Positions 24,829-38,045 are shown, counted from the stretch's first letter. The stretch: DNA of 64,000 nt from Octopus sinensis (GCF_006345805.1 NC_043012.1:29698001-29762000), one strand, 5' to 3'. Made by a program: numbers and translations. Notes: generated from the sequence alone by a model not told the origin.

Positions 24829-27036
24829 ATAATGATGATGATGATGATGATGATGAACTTCAGTCATGCCACGCTACCCATGATGCATCACTATTCATAT
24901 TTAAAAAGCCAATTTTCTGCATACGCTGATTACGACCGTAAAAAAATGTCTCCATGCCTGGCATGCACGACGACAAGGGTTCGAGTTGATCCGGTCAACA
25001 GAACAGACTGCAAGTGGAAGAGCACTCCACAGACACACCACTCTTAATGTAGTTCCCTGGGAAATTGAGCATGACACAGAACGGGACGAGGCTGGCCCTT
25101 TGAATTAAGGGTGCAATTCGTTTTTACCAGCTGAGTAGATTGAAACAACGTGAAATAAGGTGCCTTACCCAAGGACATAATGCACCATCGGGAATCGAAC
25201 TTACGACTTTACAACCTTGAGCCGAATACCCCGAACCATTAAACTATACACAGACACCCACTGTGTCGCTTGAGCAACTGACTTTCAACCAAGGGACGTA
25301 ACTCTTGCAGCAAATATTGCTATGAAAATCTCAACTAGTATATGCGCGCGCGTATGAGGTGGGTGGGTATTATACTAATGCTGTGTAAATAACAACCTCT
25401 TTCTCTCCTTCTGTTCCCACTCAGTTACTGTTTGGAAAGGCATTAACACCCCTACACCACACCTTCTCTCAGAAAATGTGACACCATGCTTCTATCAGCA
25501 GTCTTTAATGAACGCCACAGCATCCTGTTTCCCTTCCTCTCTAACTGCTTTGTGATATCACCTTTGTCGTTATCACGTCCACTTTACCATATTTGCATGG
25601 GTCAGGCAGAATTCATCGAGTCAGATTTCATACAGCTGGATGCCCTTCCTGTCACCTAGCCTCACCTGTTTCCAAACAACATTTCCCTGGGGCCAGAGAT
25701 GCTCTGGATACAAACAGCTTTGCTTATGTCTCAATGATGCTTGTTTACAACCATAACAAGATGTCAAGACAAGAGTATACACACACACACACAACAAGTT
25801 TCTTTCAGATTATAAACTAATTACAAATTGAAACAGTGAGTCTCAGTGTGTGCTGCCCCTGCGTCACACTGTGCCTGGTAAGTCATGGGGATTAGACAGT
25901 CACTACAGAAGCAACTGCTGTTGTCATCATTGAACACGTAATATCATTATCCTCATTATTGATCTGAAACTGAATCCGTTTAAATGATAAACAATCCATT
26001 TTCTATTGGAAAATATTGGCAGTGTGTTTGTGGTGGTGGTCATGGCAGAGTGTATTGCTTAGCCCAGAGGCCCAGGCCAGGGACATAAAATTATGGATTC
26101 ATTCATTCCTGATCCAGCAAACATAACTGAAGGCCTTCCACCCATGACTCTCCTGTGTGTGTTTTAAGCTTAGTTTATTTAGAACTACATTATCTAAAGT
26201 ATTCACTTTGTTTAAACCTATATTAGTTCCAACCAATCTGTGATCAAAGATATTCCAACTGTAACCATTTTGTTCCCCAGTTTTATTTCAATCATAATGT
26301 ACCTTAGAGTACATTGTCCAGATGTTGATCATGTGTTAAGACTGTCAGACAGTGGTGGAGGGGGGATGAAAAAGAAGAACCATTTTAAGCCATGTCCACA
26401 CTTTAATTTCTTTAATAATCTTATTATTATTGTGATACTTCCATGTAGACACATCTCTTTCAATTTTACTCTCAGGCATTCTTTTTTATAATATTAATAT
26501 TGCAGGGAGAGATTTTTTTTGTTTTACCAAATTCCAATGTCATTGCTGATACATGTTATAAGCACACCACCATCCTGTTTGTTTGCTTACTCAAGCCCTT
26601 CACTTTCCATGGAGCGTACATCCTCAATAACTTGTTCTTGTCTCTGGGCTGTCTTTTCTAGTTCGCTTCTCCTTGCTTCTTGTTGCTTGTCCATCATCAT
26701 CGATGCTTCTTGAATTTTGCTTTTGTTAACCCCAATTTATTTCAGTGTTCATTTACCAGTCTGGCACCAACCTGTTGACCTGTCCAACCTGAATGGTCCT
26801 GCAAGGAGTTTGTGCTCCTCCTCTGATACAGTTCTTAGGGTCATTGATATACACAGGCCACCACACCACAAAAAGCACTTTTGGAGTGGCACTTTCCAAT
26901 CAAAGCCAGAGCAATTTGAAGTGGGAGATTTTGCTCTTCTTTTTGTTTATCTGTGTTTGTTAACCACATTACATTGTTTTTATTTTAACAAAACTCCATT
27001 GACTCTTCTAATATGTTTAATTTTTCTTTCTTTCAG

Positions 27037-29222
27037 CCTACAACAAAGAGAATTTGCCGTCTGGTTACATTATCTGTGCCTGGTGCCAGAAGCCCGGTCT
27101 CAAGTTGTTCACTCTAAAGACATTGAATGGTTCGAAAGTCTTTTGTAGCGAGGTCTGTTTCACTCAGTGCCGCCGTGCATCATTCAAGAAAAACAAAATT
27201 TGTGACTGGTGCAAGCATGTCCGTCATACAGTGAACTACGTTGACTTCCAGGACGGGGAGCAGCAATTGCAGTTCTGTAGTGAGAAATGTCTCAATCAAT
27301 ACAAGATGAACATTTTCTGTCAGGAAACCCAGGAACATTTGCAACAGATCCAGTCGTCTTTGGACACCAATTCCTCTTCTAATGGTGTTCCTGATGACAA
27401 ACAGATTCTCATTACTCCAGACCTCTGGTTACAAGAAGATATTGCACGGCGCAGTAAAAAGCTGAGAGTTTCTGATGAAGCTAGGAACATTAATAAAGCG
27501 AAAGACTCTACTGAGAAGCATAAAAACCTGTCCAGTCATATCGACAATCCAGAAAGTTCAGCTTCATCCAATTCACATGATAAACATGCTGATAAGTTCA
27601 ATGTAGATAAGTCCCTTAAAGAAAGATTAGTTAAACGGATTCACAAAGACCCTCCTAGCCACACAACGAGTCCAGCAGTGACCCCTTTACCAAAGCGTCC
27701 ACCTCAGCCACCAGCACAACTAATCCCACCCATGTTTCCCACCCCTGCAGCCATGAATAACTGGTGGCACCAAGCACAGATGATGGCCTCCCTTGGACCG
27801 AGTTATCCAGCTTTTGGTGGATTTCCTCCAATGGTTTACCCAGGGGTCTTTAATCCTCCATATACTCCCATCATGCCAGGTACTGCTGCTCCACCCATAC
27901 CTGAAACCTCTCGACCCCACAGTCGCCACGTCAGTAATGCCTCTTCAACACCTGGTCCGTCTATCACACCAAATGCCTCTGCTTCCCCTGATATCTCTCA
28001 GACACACTCTCAGAGCCCTAATGTGGTCCCTAACACATCAAACAAAGCTTCAACAATTCCTAGAACTCACCACTTCCTACCCCCAATGTGGCCACCTGGA
28101 TACCCCATGATGCCCTTTCCTCCACCCCAGATGACCCAGTCAGGTGACACTAGCACTGCCCCTGGCCCAAACCCCACTATGCCTACTTTCCCAATGCCGG
28201 CCCCTAACTGGACATCCTTAGGTATCCCTCCTCAGACAGTTATTATCCCTTTTCCTTTCCTCATCCCTCTACCGTTTCCGGTACCAATCCCTATTCCTGT
28301 ACCAATGAAAGCAGAACAGATTGAGAAGTTATTGAAGCAGACGTCCAGCACCTCGACGACGACGACGACCAACAACAACAACAACAACAGCAGCAGCAGC
28401 AGCCAGAAGGAAGAGGAAACATCTTCGGAATGTGAAGATGTCAAACCTCGGAATCTAACAGAACATCTCAGTCTGAACCAGAACTACAATATGAACGGCA
28501 ACAGAAGTAGCAGCAGCAGTATCAGCAGCAGCAACAGTATGGAGATGACGGTGCAGATGCGCAACCGCATGGCAACGACAGTTGGTAAAAATGTTCCAAA
28601 AGAGTGTGTCACATGCGCATCGTTCCAGACGCCAAGCAAAAGCAACTTGTTGCCACGGCCAAGCTCTGTGTTATCCATCAAGAGTGACTCGCACTTGTTA
28701 CAGTCAGAGATGATCAATGTAAAACGTCCACCAACTCCGGCCAGTGTTGGTTCTCTTGACTCTCCAAAGAAAGTACGTCACGAGTTGATGACTAATTCTG
28801 ACTATTCTATAAATGATGAAGTGATAGATTTGTCCAAGGACAGCGGTCGAGAGAGCATTTCCAGAGATATTCACTCACCTCATATACAAACATTAAAAAA
28901 ACAGAAAGCAACTTCCAGCTCTGTCCGTTCCCTCTCAGTTCCTCCTTTATCTGTCTCAGAGACTTCAGATTCACACTTAGCTTTACATGTCCCAAAAATC
29001 CACATTGTTTCCACACCCAAAGACCCGCCTCTGTCCCAACAGCTGCCCTTACCGCCCACTGATCATGCCTATTCGCTGCGGCGTGGTCTGATACTGGACG
29101 CTCCCAGTGTGCCAAAGCGACCAAAGAGCCCTTCCCCAGAAAGAAGGAACTACATCCGCAGTATGCCACGTGATATCATGGAAGCACGTCGGTGTCTGCG
29201 AACAAGAATTAAAACCAAATGA
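27037..29222 (+). CDS. SOBP: Sine oculis-binding protein homolog, large terminal coding exon (N-terminal exon(s) not found)
   Basis: 722-codon ORF preceded by a polypyrimidine tract and acceptor (tttttctttctttcag|CC, ag at 27035-27036; intron phase 1). It has two FCS-type zinc fingers (CAWCQK...FCSEVC and CDWCKHVRHTVNYVDFQDGEQQLQFCSEKCLNQYKMNIF), a Pro-rich region with PFPFLIPLPFPVPIPIPVP, a DHAYSL motif and a basic C-terminus RRCLRTRIKTK*. All match my recollection of SOBP/Jxc1 proteins. The track's start at 27054 is a TTG inside the exon, not the true start. Confidence 0.93.
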
Positions 29223-29295
29223 ACCATAATGCAACTCACCCATGATCAAAACAGACTGAACAAACAATTATATAATACAGTTCTTATCACAAGGA

Positions 29296-30794
29296 TGCTG
29301 GGTGCCAGAATCTATAGCGATGTCCCTTAACATTCTGAGATCAAACCACACACCACTGTCAACTTTTTTCCAAGGTCGATACAATCAATTACCAGTTAAA
29401 TACTGAGATGAAAATTCAATCACCCACGCCAACCTTCAAAATCTAGCCTTGGGCCTACATTAGAAATAATCAGTATTATTATTATTATTATTAGCACTAA
29501 GACAGTGAGTTTGCAGAAACGGTAAGGCACCAGACTAAATGCTTCATGGTATTTAGATTATTTTTTATCCCTCCATCTACATTCTGATATCAGATCTCAT
29601 TGAGGTCGACTTTGCCTTTTATCACTCCAGGTGGCGGAAGGGTGAGGGATGGTCAATAAACTAAAATACCAGTTATGTACTGGAGTTCTTTCAATCAATT
29701 ATACCTCCTTCCACCCCACCACTTGCCTCAAACAATTGGCCTCATGCCTCACTAATAAATCATTATTGTTATTACTATCATTATTATTATTATTATCATG
29801 TCACCAAAGACTAAGGTCTTTCACTCCACGTACACAATTTATATGAATACACAGCAAAAGCAACAACAACAACTACCACTACAGTACATTGAACAAAGAA
29901 ATTAAGTTCTTAGTTATTTTTAAGCTGTGGAAACTGGTTGGTTCTTCCAGAGGAAAATTTCATCAAATTTTGCAGACAAAATCTTCAGCAACCACAATAC
30001 CTATTCCATCTCACAGAACTTAAACATAAAATTTCTACTGTGGAAAAACAGTTATATATTAATTTGGGGAAATACCAAATTTATTTTTGTTGTTTTAAAT
30101 CTTGTTGAGTATTTTTGTTTTTCTTTCTTTTTTTTTTGTATATTTAAAAAAAAAAAGAAGTCAAGTCAGAAGAGGGATTTTTTGGTTGTTATAGTGGGTG
30201 TGTCATAGTGGGCGTGTCTGTGGGAGGGAACAACCTCACCAGCCATTCACCACACCCCAACTCAGCTAACCACTCCTTCCTCCCACCTCCACTTCAAACA
30301 CAGTTTATGACATATTGGGTTTTCTTTTTTATAGCCTTTATTTTCTCTTTAATTTCAGAAACATGGCTAATGTATATTTAATATATCAAATATTGCCTTA
30401 TTTTTTTTTGTTTTTTTTTTTTATTGTTAAGGCAGTGAACTGGCAGAATCGTTAACATGTCAGACAAAATGCAGAGTGGCGTTTCTTCTAGCTTTACATT
30501 CTGAGTTCAAATTTCACCGAGGTTAAACTTTGCCTGTCATCTTTTCAGAGTCGATTAAATAAATACCAGTTGAGTACTGGGGTCAGTGTAATCAGCCAGC
30601 TCCCTCCCCTAAAATTTCAGATGCCTCCCACCAATAGTAGAAAGGATTATTATTGCCTTAGAGCAGTGTTTCTCAACCTTTTTACCCTTGTGTAACCCTT
30701 AAAATAAATTACATGTCTCAAGGAAACCCTGCTCAAAAAAATTATATATCTTATCTTATATTTTTTCATCGTTGTTCACATGGTAAATATCATA

Positions 30795-30848
<54 letters not shown>

Positions 30849-32826
30849 ATATAGGGTGTCCATAAATTACAGACATCATCATCATCATCATCGTCGTTTA
30901 GCGTCCGTTTTCCATGCTAGCATGGGTTGGACATCACTAAATATATCCCCAATGGTAGTTTATAATAGGTTAGATAGGATGGTGTCTATATTACAATAAC
31001 CAATGATATACTGTGCATGTATAGTATTATTACAATCATGAAGTCAGCATTAGCTTATCTCACTCTTACTCGTGGAACCCTAGGGTTCCAGGGAACCCCG
31101 GTTGAGAAACGCTGCCTTAGAGCATCAGGCAACTGTACCACACCACCCCTCCCATAGACACTAAACACTGACTAAGGAATTGTGCACCCAGTTTAGAAAT
31201 TGCGTTTTTGTTGAACAGAGCAAACTAGCAGAATTGTTAGCATGCTTTTTGTCTGACTTAGCATTTTGAGTTCAAATTCTGCCAAGGTCAAATTTGCCTT
31301 TTGTCCTCTCAGGATCAATAAGTACAAATCAAATACTAAAATTGATTACATCAATTTCACTTCCCTTCAAAGAAAAACTGCTGGCCTTGTATTAAAATTT
31401 GAATAATTATAATTATTGTTGTCAATTTAAGATCATTTAATTCCTTAGTTTTGCGGCTTCACTTTAGTTGTTATATAATGATGCTATTGGGAAAGCCATG
31501 AACATCACAACTTATTTCCCCCTCATCATCGACTCTATTATTGCCATTATTATTATTACGCAAAACTTCACTGGATTTCTGTCAGATCTGGACAAACCAA
31601 TTCCGTTTCCCCAGTTGCAGTTCTAACTTATCTTTCACGTTTGTTTACGTTGCTAAAGATCTAAAGGCATGAACTTCACTGCTTCACTTCTCTCCTGCCT
31701 CTACACTATCATTACCATCACCATTATTATCATTAGAAAAATATTCATTTCAGGGATTCAATGAAATAAAGTCCTGGGGGATGATTTTTATCTACTGGTC
31801 CCCTCACTTCAAAATTCTAGGTGCTGTACTTAAATCAGAAAATTATTATTATTAAAAAGCAGTGAACTGGTTCAGTTAATTGCAAGTTAAAATAAACACT
31901 TAACAGCATTTATTCTGACATTTATATTTTGAGTTTAATCCTTTCATGGTTGAGGAAATAAAGGCCAGCTGAGCCCTGGGTCGATGTCGTGAACTTAATC
32001 CCCCACCTTCAAATTGATGGCCTTGTGCAAGAATTTGAAAGCTTTATGATTATGAAAACAAAAATTGGAATACCAAAAAGGAATGTCAGTATTTTTTTGT
32101 TAGGTTCCTGTCTAGGCTTTGAGTTCAAATCCAGCTGAAGTTACCTTTTATTCTATTGGAGTGGAATGGTGAAAATAACAAGTACCAGTCATATGTTGGT
32201 GTTCAGCTAATTGAATTTCGACCCTTCTGGTCAACCATCAATATTCACACTTGTAAAATTGCACTTGTAGTATACACATTTCCCACATTATATTTATTTA
32301 CTTTTTTATATGTATATATAATCACGCACAAATATATACACACACACACACACGTATACAAACATACACTTTTGTTTTGTTTTTTATTTTTACTTTAATT
32401 CATTTGTTCTATTTTGGTCGTTTCGGTAATTTAGTTTTAAAACTCCAAAATGGCTGCCACAAGAAAAAGGCAGCACAAAAGTGACCCTAAAAACACTAAT
32501 CACCTGATGGATCAGCAGAATCGGTGGAGCAACTCAGACTAATGAGCTCACTGTATTCTAATTGTCTGAATTAATCCTTTCTATGTAATTCTTGGGATGG
32601 GACAGTTTAAGAGTGGAACCCCTTAACTTCTCTTCATTCCTTTCTCTATAGAACTCTAACAGATGTGGCTGGGTGGTGAAGAAGTTTGTTTCCCAACCAC
32701 ATGGTGTCAGGTTCAGTCCCACTGCTCGGTACCTTAGGCAAGCGTCTTCTCTATACTTCCAGACTGACAAAATCCTTGTGAATGGATTTGAAAGTCGGAA
32801 GCTGAAAGTTGTTTTTTGGGGTTTTT

Positions 32827-32861
<35 letters not shown>

Positions 32862-35800
32862 CGTTCTCTTGATAATTGTAAATAAGTGTCATGAGGCAGT
32901 GTCATTCATCTCCAATTTGCCATGAAAGTATGTCTGGTCATGAGGAAATATTATGATGCATGGAAACAGGTGAGGGTTGATGACAGGAAGGGCATCCAGC
33001 CGTAGAAAATCTTCCCCATTAAACTCCATGCAAGCATGGAAAAGTGGATGTTAAAACGATAATGATGAGGATGACAGTATGCATTTCTGTTCCTAAGGTC
33101 TCGTCTCCTGATTGTTCCACAAAATTTCCGCAGCCAAGCTCTTACCATTCTTCTTCATACCGTTGTCACAGTTTCCTCACAATTTGATTCTCTGTGATAT
33201 AAAACATAAAACCCTCCCCCTTTTTCTTTTAGCTTTTACTCCTAGAGACACCAGCAGATCCTTACCTCAGTTTTTTAACACAGCATGCAGCACAAAACAT
33301 GTGCTAAGAAGTGAACACATAAATGGGTTGCTATGACAACTTCTGTCAATAAACTTGCACCAATATAACTAGACTGGGCAGGTCCAATCCAGAGTGGGGG
33401 AGGCCATGCCCAACCACTGTGAGGAACCCTGGGTGCTTTGAGCAAAAATGGTTTTAACTGAAAGCTAGAACTTGTCATTCCAAGTTTAAATGCATTTTAT
33501 GAAGCATATATGTTGGTAAATTAGAAGCAGCAGGAATATTTTGATGTATGCATCACAAATAACAGCAACTGTACAGCTGAACACATGGGTGCTTAAGAGC
33601 TGAACATTCAGAGTTCCAATTTTACCCAGGGCAACTGTTTTAAGTACTTTCTGATTTAAAAAAAAATAGCAGTGAAATACTAGGGACCAATATAATCAAC
33701 TGCACCCCTACTCCTTCTCCTTCTCCGCCTGACATTTGGCTGGTGGTGGTGTGGGGGGGTCTTGTGCCAGTTGTTAAGTCATAATAATTTCTAATATAGG
33801 TGCAAAACCAGAAATTAGGGGAGGGAGACAGTGAATTATATGGACTCCATTACATGACTGGTACTTTATTATCCTTGGAAGAATAAAAGGCAAAAGTGAC
33901 TTTGGCAGGATTTGAACCAGTGCAAATATCACAAAACACTTTCCATCTCTCTCTCAACTCAGCAAAATCACCCCCTTAATAATAAAAATAATTAATGGTT
34001 TCAGATTTATACTCAAAGCCTGTAATTTTGACATTTAGTTGATAGCTTTGTCCTCCCACCCTCTCCCTAGTACTTCACTGGTACTTTATCATATTGACCC
34101 CAGAAATGATGAAAAGCAAAGTTGACGTTTGCAGGATTTGAACTCAGTGCCATATCACAGGACAGTCTTATGACTCTGCTAATTCTCTACTTAAATGATG
34201 ATGATGATGATGTGGGGGGGGGGGTGATAAAGGAGAGTTTTCTTTTTTCATGTCACGGCTGGATTTGATCCTGTCACCAATACTTCTTCACACACAATTG
34301 CTAACCGTATTCTTCACAAGACAGGATTAAACACAGAAATTACCGTTTCCATAGAAAATTCCTTTTGTCATCAACTCGTATCAGCATGGAGTTGATATTT
34401 CAGTTGTTTTTGAATTATCATTGAAGAAAATTTTCTCTTCACCTAATGAAAGAGCATGGCTAGGGCATTGTACTCAAGATTGTGAGATTGTGGTTTCAAT
34501 TCCTTGACTAGGTGGTGCATTGGGACATTCAGCAAAGCATTTCATATTGTTCCAGTTCATTCTGTTGTAAAATGAGTTACAGCAATGGCTGGGAAATTAA
34601 CCATGTGAGAGACTAGCATCCCATCCAGGGGTTGGGGAAGTGTTGTCACCTCAGTCACTTAAAAACCATAGTCTCAAGTTCAGCTGCAGTCTTATGATTC
34701 CTGAACCTCTCGATAGACCTAAGTCTAAGTATGTCTCTACCAAGGGCTGTGTATGGGGGGGGGGGAGCAATCTAGTTTAGTTTTATTAAAAAGTGGCAGC
34801 CTGGCAGAACCATTAGCAAAACACGTTGTGCTGTGTCTTCCAGGTTGATATCTCACCGGTGTCAACTTTGCCTACCATCTCATGGATGGGAAGAGTCAAT
34901 GAAATAAGGGAGCTCCCAAGTGCTGGAGTCAATGGTATTGACTAAAACTGCTAACCTCATGCCTAAACTGGAAGCATTATTATTATGAAAGCAGAATCAT
35001 TACTGTGCCAGAAAAAAAAATACTAAGCAATTTGCCCCCTATGTTCTGAGTCCAAGGAAGTGGGGTCAGTGTAATTGACCAGCCCCCAACCATCAAAATT
35101 TCAGGCCATGTGCCTATAATAGTCAAAAGAATCATCATCATCATCATTATTATTATTATTATTATTATTATCATTATATTATTAAGGCAGTGAAGTGACA
35201 GAATCATTAGCATACCAGGCAAAATGCTTTGCAGTGTTTATTCCAGATCTTTACATTCTGAGTTCAAATCTTTCTTTGGCTTTTGTCCTTTCGGGTTCCT
35301 TAAAATGAAATGATTGTCAAGAACTGGATCTCATGCTGTCAATTTATCCCGTCCCCTCAGAACTGCTAGCCTTGGGCCAAAATTTGAAATTATTATTATT
35401 ATTCAAGGTGGTGAGCTGGCAGAATTGTTAGCACACCAGACAAAATGCGTTCCAAGTTCAAATTCCGCTGAGGTCAACTTTACCTTTCATCTTTTTGAGG
35501 TCAATTAAAAAAGTACCAGTTATGCACTGGAGTTGATGTAATCAACTTAATTTCTTCCACCAAATTTGAGACCTTGTGCTTCCAGTAGAAAGAATTATTA
35601 TTATTATTGAAAGGCAGTGGATTGGCAAAGCTACTGAAACAATTGTTTTGACATAGTTCTGTTTTTTCCCATTCAGAGTTCAAATTCCGCCAGCGTCACC
35701 TTTGCCTTTCATTCCCATAGGGTCGATAAAATAAGTACCAGTCACACACTGGGATCAATGTAATCAACTACCCAAAATTTTAGGCTTTGTGCCTATATTA

Positions 35801-36700
35801 GTAGAAAAAATTATTATTATCAAAATGGCAGATTGAACGCTTTTATAGAATTCCTGCCTTCTACTCTCTCAAATCAACTTTTATTTATTCTCGAGGGGTT
35901 GGGGGAGGGGATAATCAATGAAATAAATACCAATCAACCCTCTGAGATCAATAAAGTACCAATGTATGAAAAACAGTACTTTATAACAGGCTAACCACAC
36001 ACACACACTTGCCTTCAATTTGCTGGTTTTATGCCTGAATCAGAAACCATTATCGTTGTTATAGGGGTGAATTGCAGAGTCAGTAGAGTAACACACAAAT
36101 TGCTTTGTGTTATATTTAGTGACCTCCTTTTAGATTCTCAGTTCAAATCGCACTGAAGTCAGTTTTACTTCCCAGCCTCCCAGGGTCGATAAAAGACAGG
36201 TACTTCTCTCAGTTCAACTGACTTCTCCACTTAACCTGTAAACATTCATACTTAGGTTAAAAACTCTTATTAGAATAAAGATGGTGAGCTGATGGAATCA
36301 TTTCTGCTGCACTGGACAGCAGATTTTTTTTCTCTCTCAATACATTCTAAGTTTAAATGCCACCAAGGTAAACTTTGCCTTTTATACTTTTGGGACCGAT
36401 TAAGTACCAGTTGAGCATTGGGACTGATGTGATCAACCTGTTTTCTTCCAAATTTCAAGCTTTCTGCCTACTTTAGAAATATTATTATTATTATTATTAA
36501 TTACAATAAGATAGCAACTGGCAGAATCGTTAGCACGGTGGGCAAAAAATTCTTAGTGGCATTTCACCCATGTTTACACTGTGTTCAAATGCCACTGAGG
36601 TCAACTTTGCCTTTCATTTTTTTGGGGTCATTGTAATCTACCCCTAAAATTGCTGGCCTTGTGCCAAAATTTGAAACCAATATTATTATTATTATTAATT
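29296..36700 (+). mobile_element. Dense cluster of roughly 15-20 SINE copies (mostly family A, + strand) downstream of SOBP
   Basis: Family A heads at ~29498, 30429, 31215, 31855, 34790, 34988, 35183, 35405, 35610, 36062, 36277 and 36508; two minus-strand copies at ~33790-34190; family B at ~32664; family D at ~34455. Confidence 0.85.
30664..31114. mobile_element. Non-autonomous hAT (Charlie-like) MITE with 8-bp TSD
   Basis: TIRs cagtgtttctcaacc / ggttgagaaacgctg (14/15 match). Identical 8-bp flanks ccttagag at 30656-30663 and 31115-31122. Contains a nested (TA)n tract and an RTE-tail fragment. Confidence 0.9.
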
Positions 36701-37341
36701 GCAATGACGGTGATATACTGTTTTCAATTCTATTAAGAATGGTTCTCATATGACATCGCCATTTGCCTTTGGTAAAGGCATGACAGCCATCACAACAACC
36801 AATATCCCTCTCTACTCTAAGTATGATGCTACAAGCCAACATACAAAAAAAAATCATTATTATTAATTTTATTATTATCATTAATGTTCTTTTGTTACCC
36901 TCATTATAATCATTAGTTGCTTATGTTCTCACCGCTATTTTTTCAGCTGGTTCACACGAGTCTATAAATACTTGTAAATACGTAGAAATTATACACCCAA
37001 CACACACAAATATATATATAATATACACACTTCCTATATTTCCATGTTAAAAAGATAAAAATCGATAAAGAAAACAAGCAAAAAATTGGAAAAGCATTTA
37101 AAAAACAGGTTAAAAATATTGTATCAAACTTTCTACTTTAATATTTTGTCAACAATTGTTGATCAATTATTATTATTATTATTATTATTATATCTGTTTA
37201 ATGTCAATCTAATGTAATACAGGCATGAAAATACATTTCATAGCTTTGAATACATTATCATTATTATTTTATATTATATATATATATTTACATTTTTTTC
37301 CTTTATTTTTTGCCTTTTAATTATTCGTTAAAATTATTTAC

Positions 37342-37347
37342 AATAAA
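37342..37347 (+). promoter_or_regulatory. Candidate distal polyadenylation signal (AATAAA) of SOBP
   Basis: AATAAA ending a unique AT-rich UTR-like block (~36880-37440), followed by a T/GT-rich downstream element (ttttgtgattttcgtttatttttaattttttt). Other AATAAA hexamers occur closer to the stop. Confidence 0.35.
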
Positions 37348-37729
37348 GCTGATTCACAAATCTTATATTTAAATTACATTTTGTGATTTTCGTTTATTTT
37401 TAATTTTTTTCTTTCATTTCAAATATTTTCTACCTCATCTCTGAATGTTCAACTTAACATTAACCAATAAGCCACTATGTGGTGAGCTAACATGCTAGAA
37501 ACAGCAGCCAATTTTCCTTCAAACCTTATTTGATGATAAATTCCTACATATGCCTAAATAAAATATGAGAATGTTCAAAGCTGAAATACTCTTCATCATA
37601 GATGTCTGATGGATCAGAACAGATATGCAGTTAAAAACAGATAAATAAAAGTCTGGCTCTATGGATTATATATAATCTATAGATTATGTGAAATGACAAA
37701 TATCATAGAATGAAGTCAGCAACTCCTTC

Positions 37730-38045
37730 TAATACATCGTTTACAATTGTTTCATCATTATTCAATGTAACCAATTTTGTGTAATGTAAGCATGTTGGCA
37801 AGTATTTATTAATTCCCATGTGCTATGTGGGATTTCTTTTATAGCGCATGTAGGAAATGACTCCTCAGAACAAAATAATATGCACAACACTTTTTATTAG
37901 GTTCTGAGAAATTGTTTCCTACATATGCTACAAAAGATATCTTGCACAACTTTTGGAAATTAATCAATACTTGCCAACATCCCTATGACATTATGCAAGA
38001 TTGGTTGCATAGAATAATGACGAAACAATCGTAAACGATGTATTA
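37730..38045. mobile_element. Palindromic (foldback) MITE-like element
   Basis: Left arm taatacatcgtttacaattgtttcatcattattc...atgttggcaagtatt...atgtaggaaa...ctcagaac is the imperfect reverse complement of the right arm gttctgag...tttcctacat...aatacttgccaacat...gaataatgacgaaacaatcgtaaacgatgtatta. Confidence 0.8.

Noticed and set aside
25400-25560. Polypyrimidine + CAG acceptor as a possible upstream SOBP exon
   Set aside because: No SOBP-like translation in the frame I checked and no convincing phase-1 donor.
27720-29267. Overlapping antisense and alternative-frame ORFs within SOBP
   Set aside because: Short shadows of the GC-richer, repetitive coding exon.
32445-32459. YY1-like motif CAAAATGGCTGCC, and tandem KLF-like GGGYGTGTC at ~30195-30218
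   Set aside because: Isolated short motifs with no supporting promoter context.
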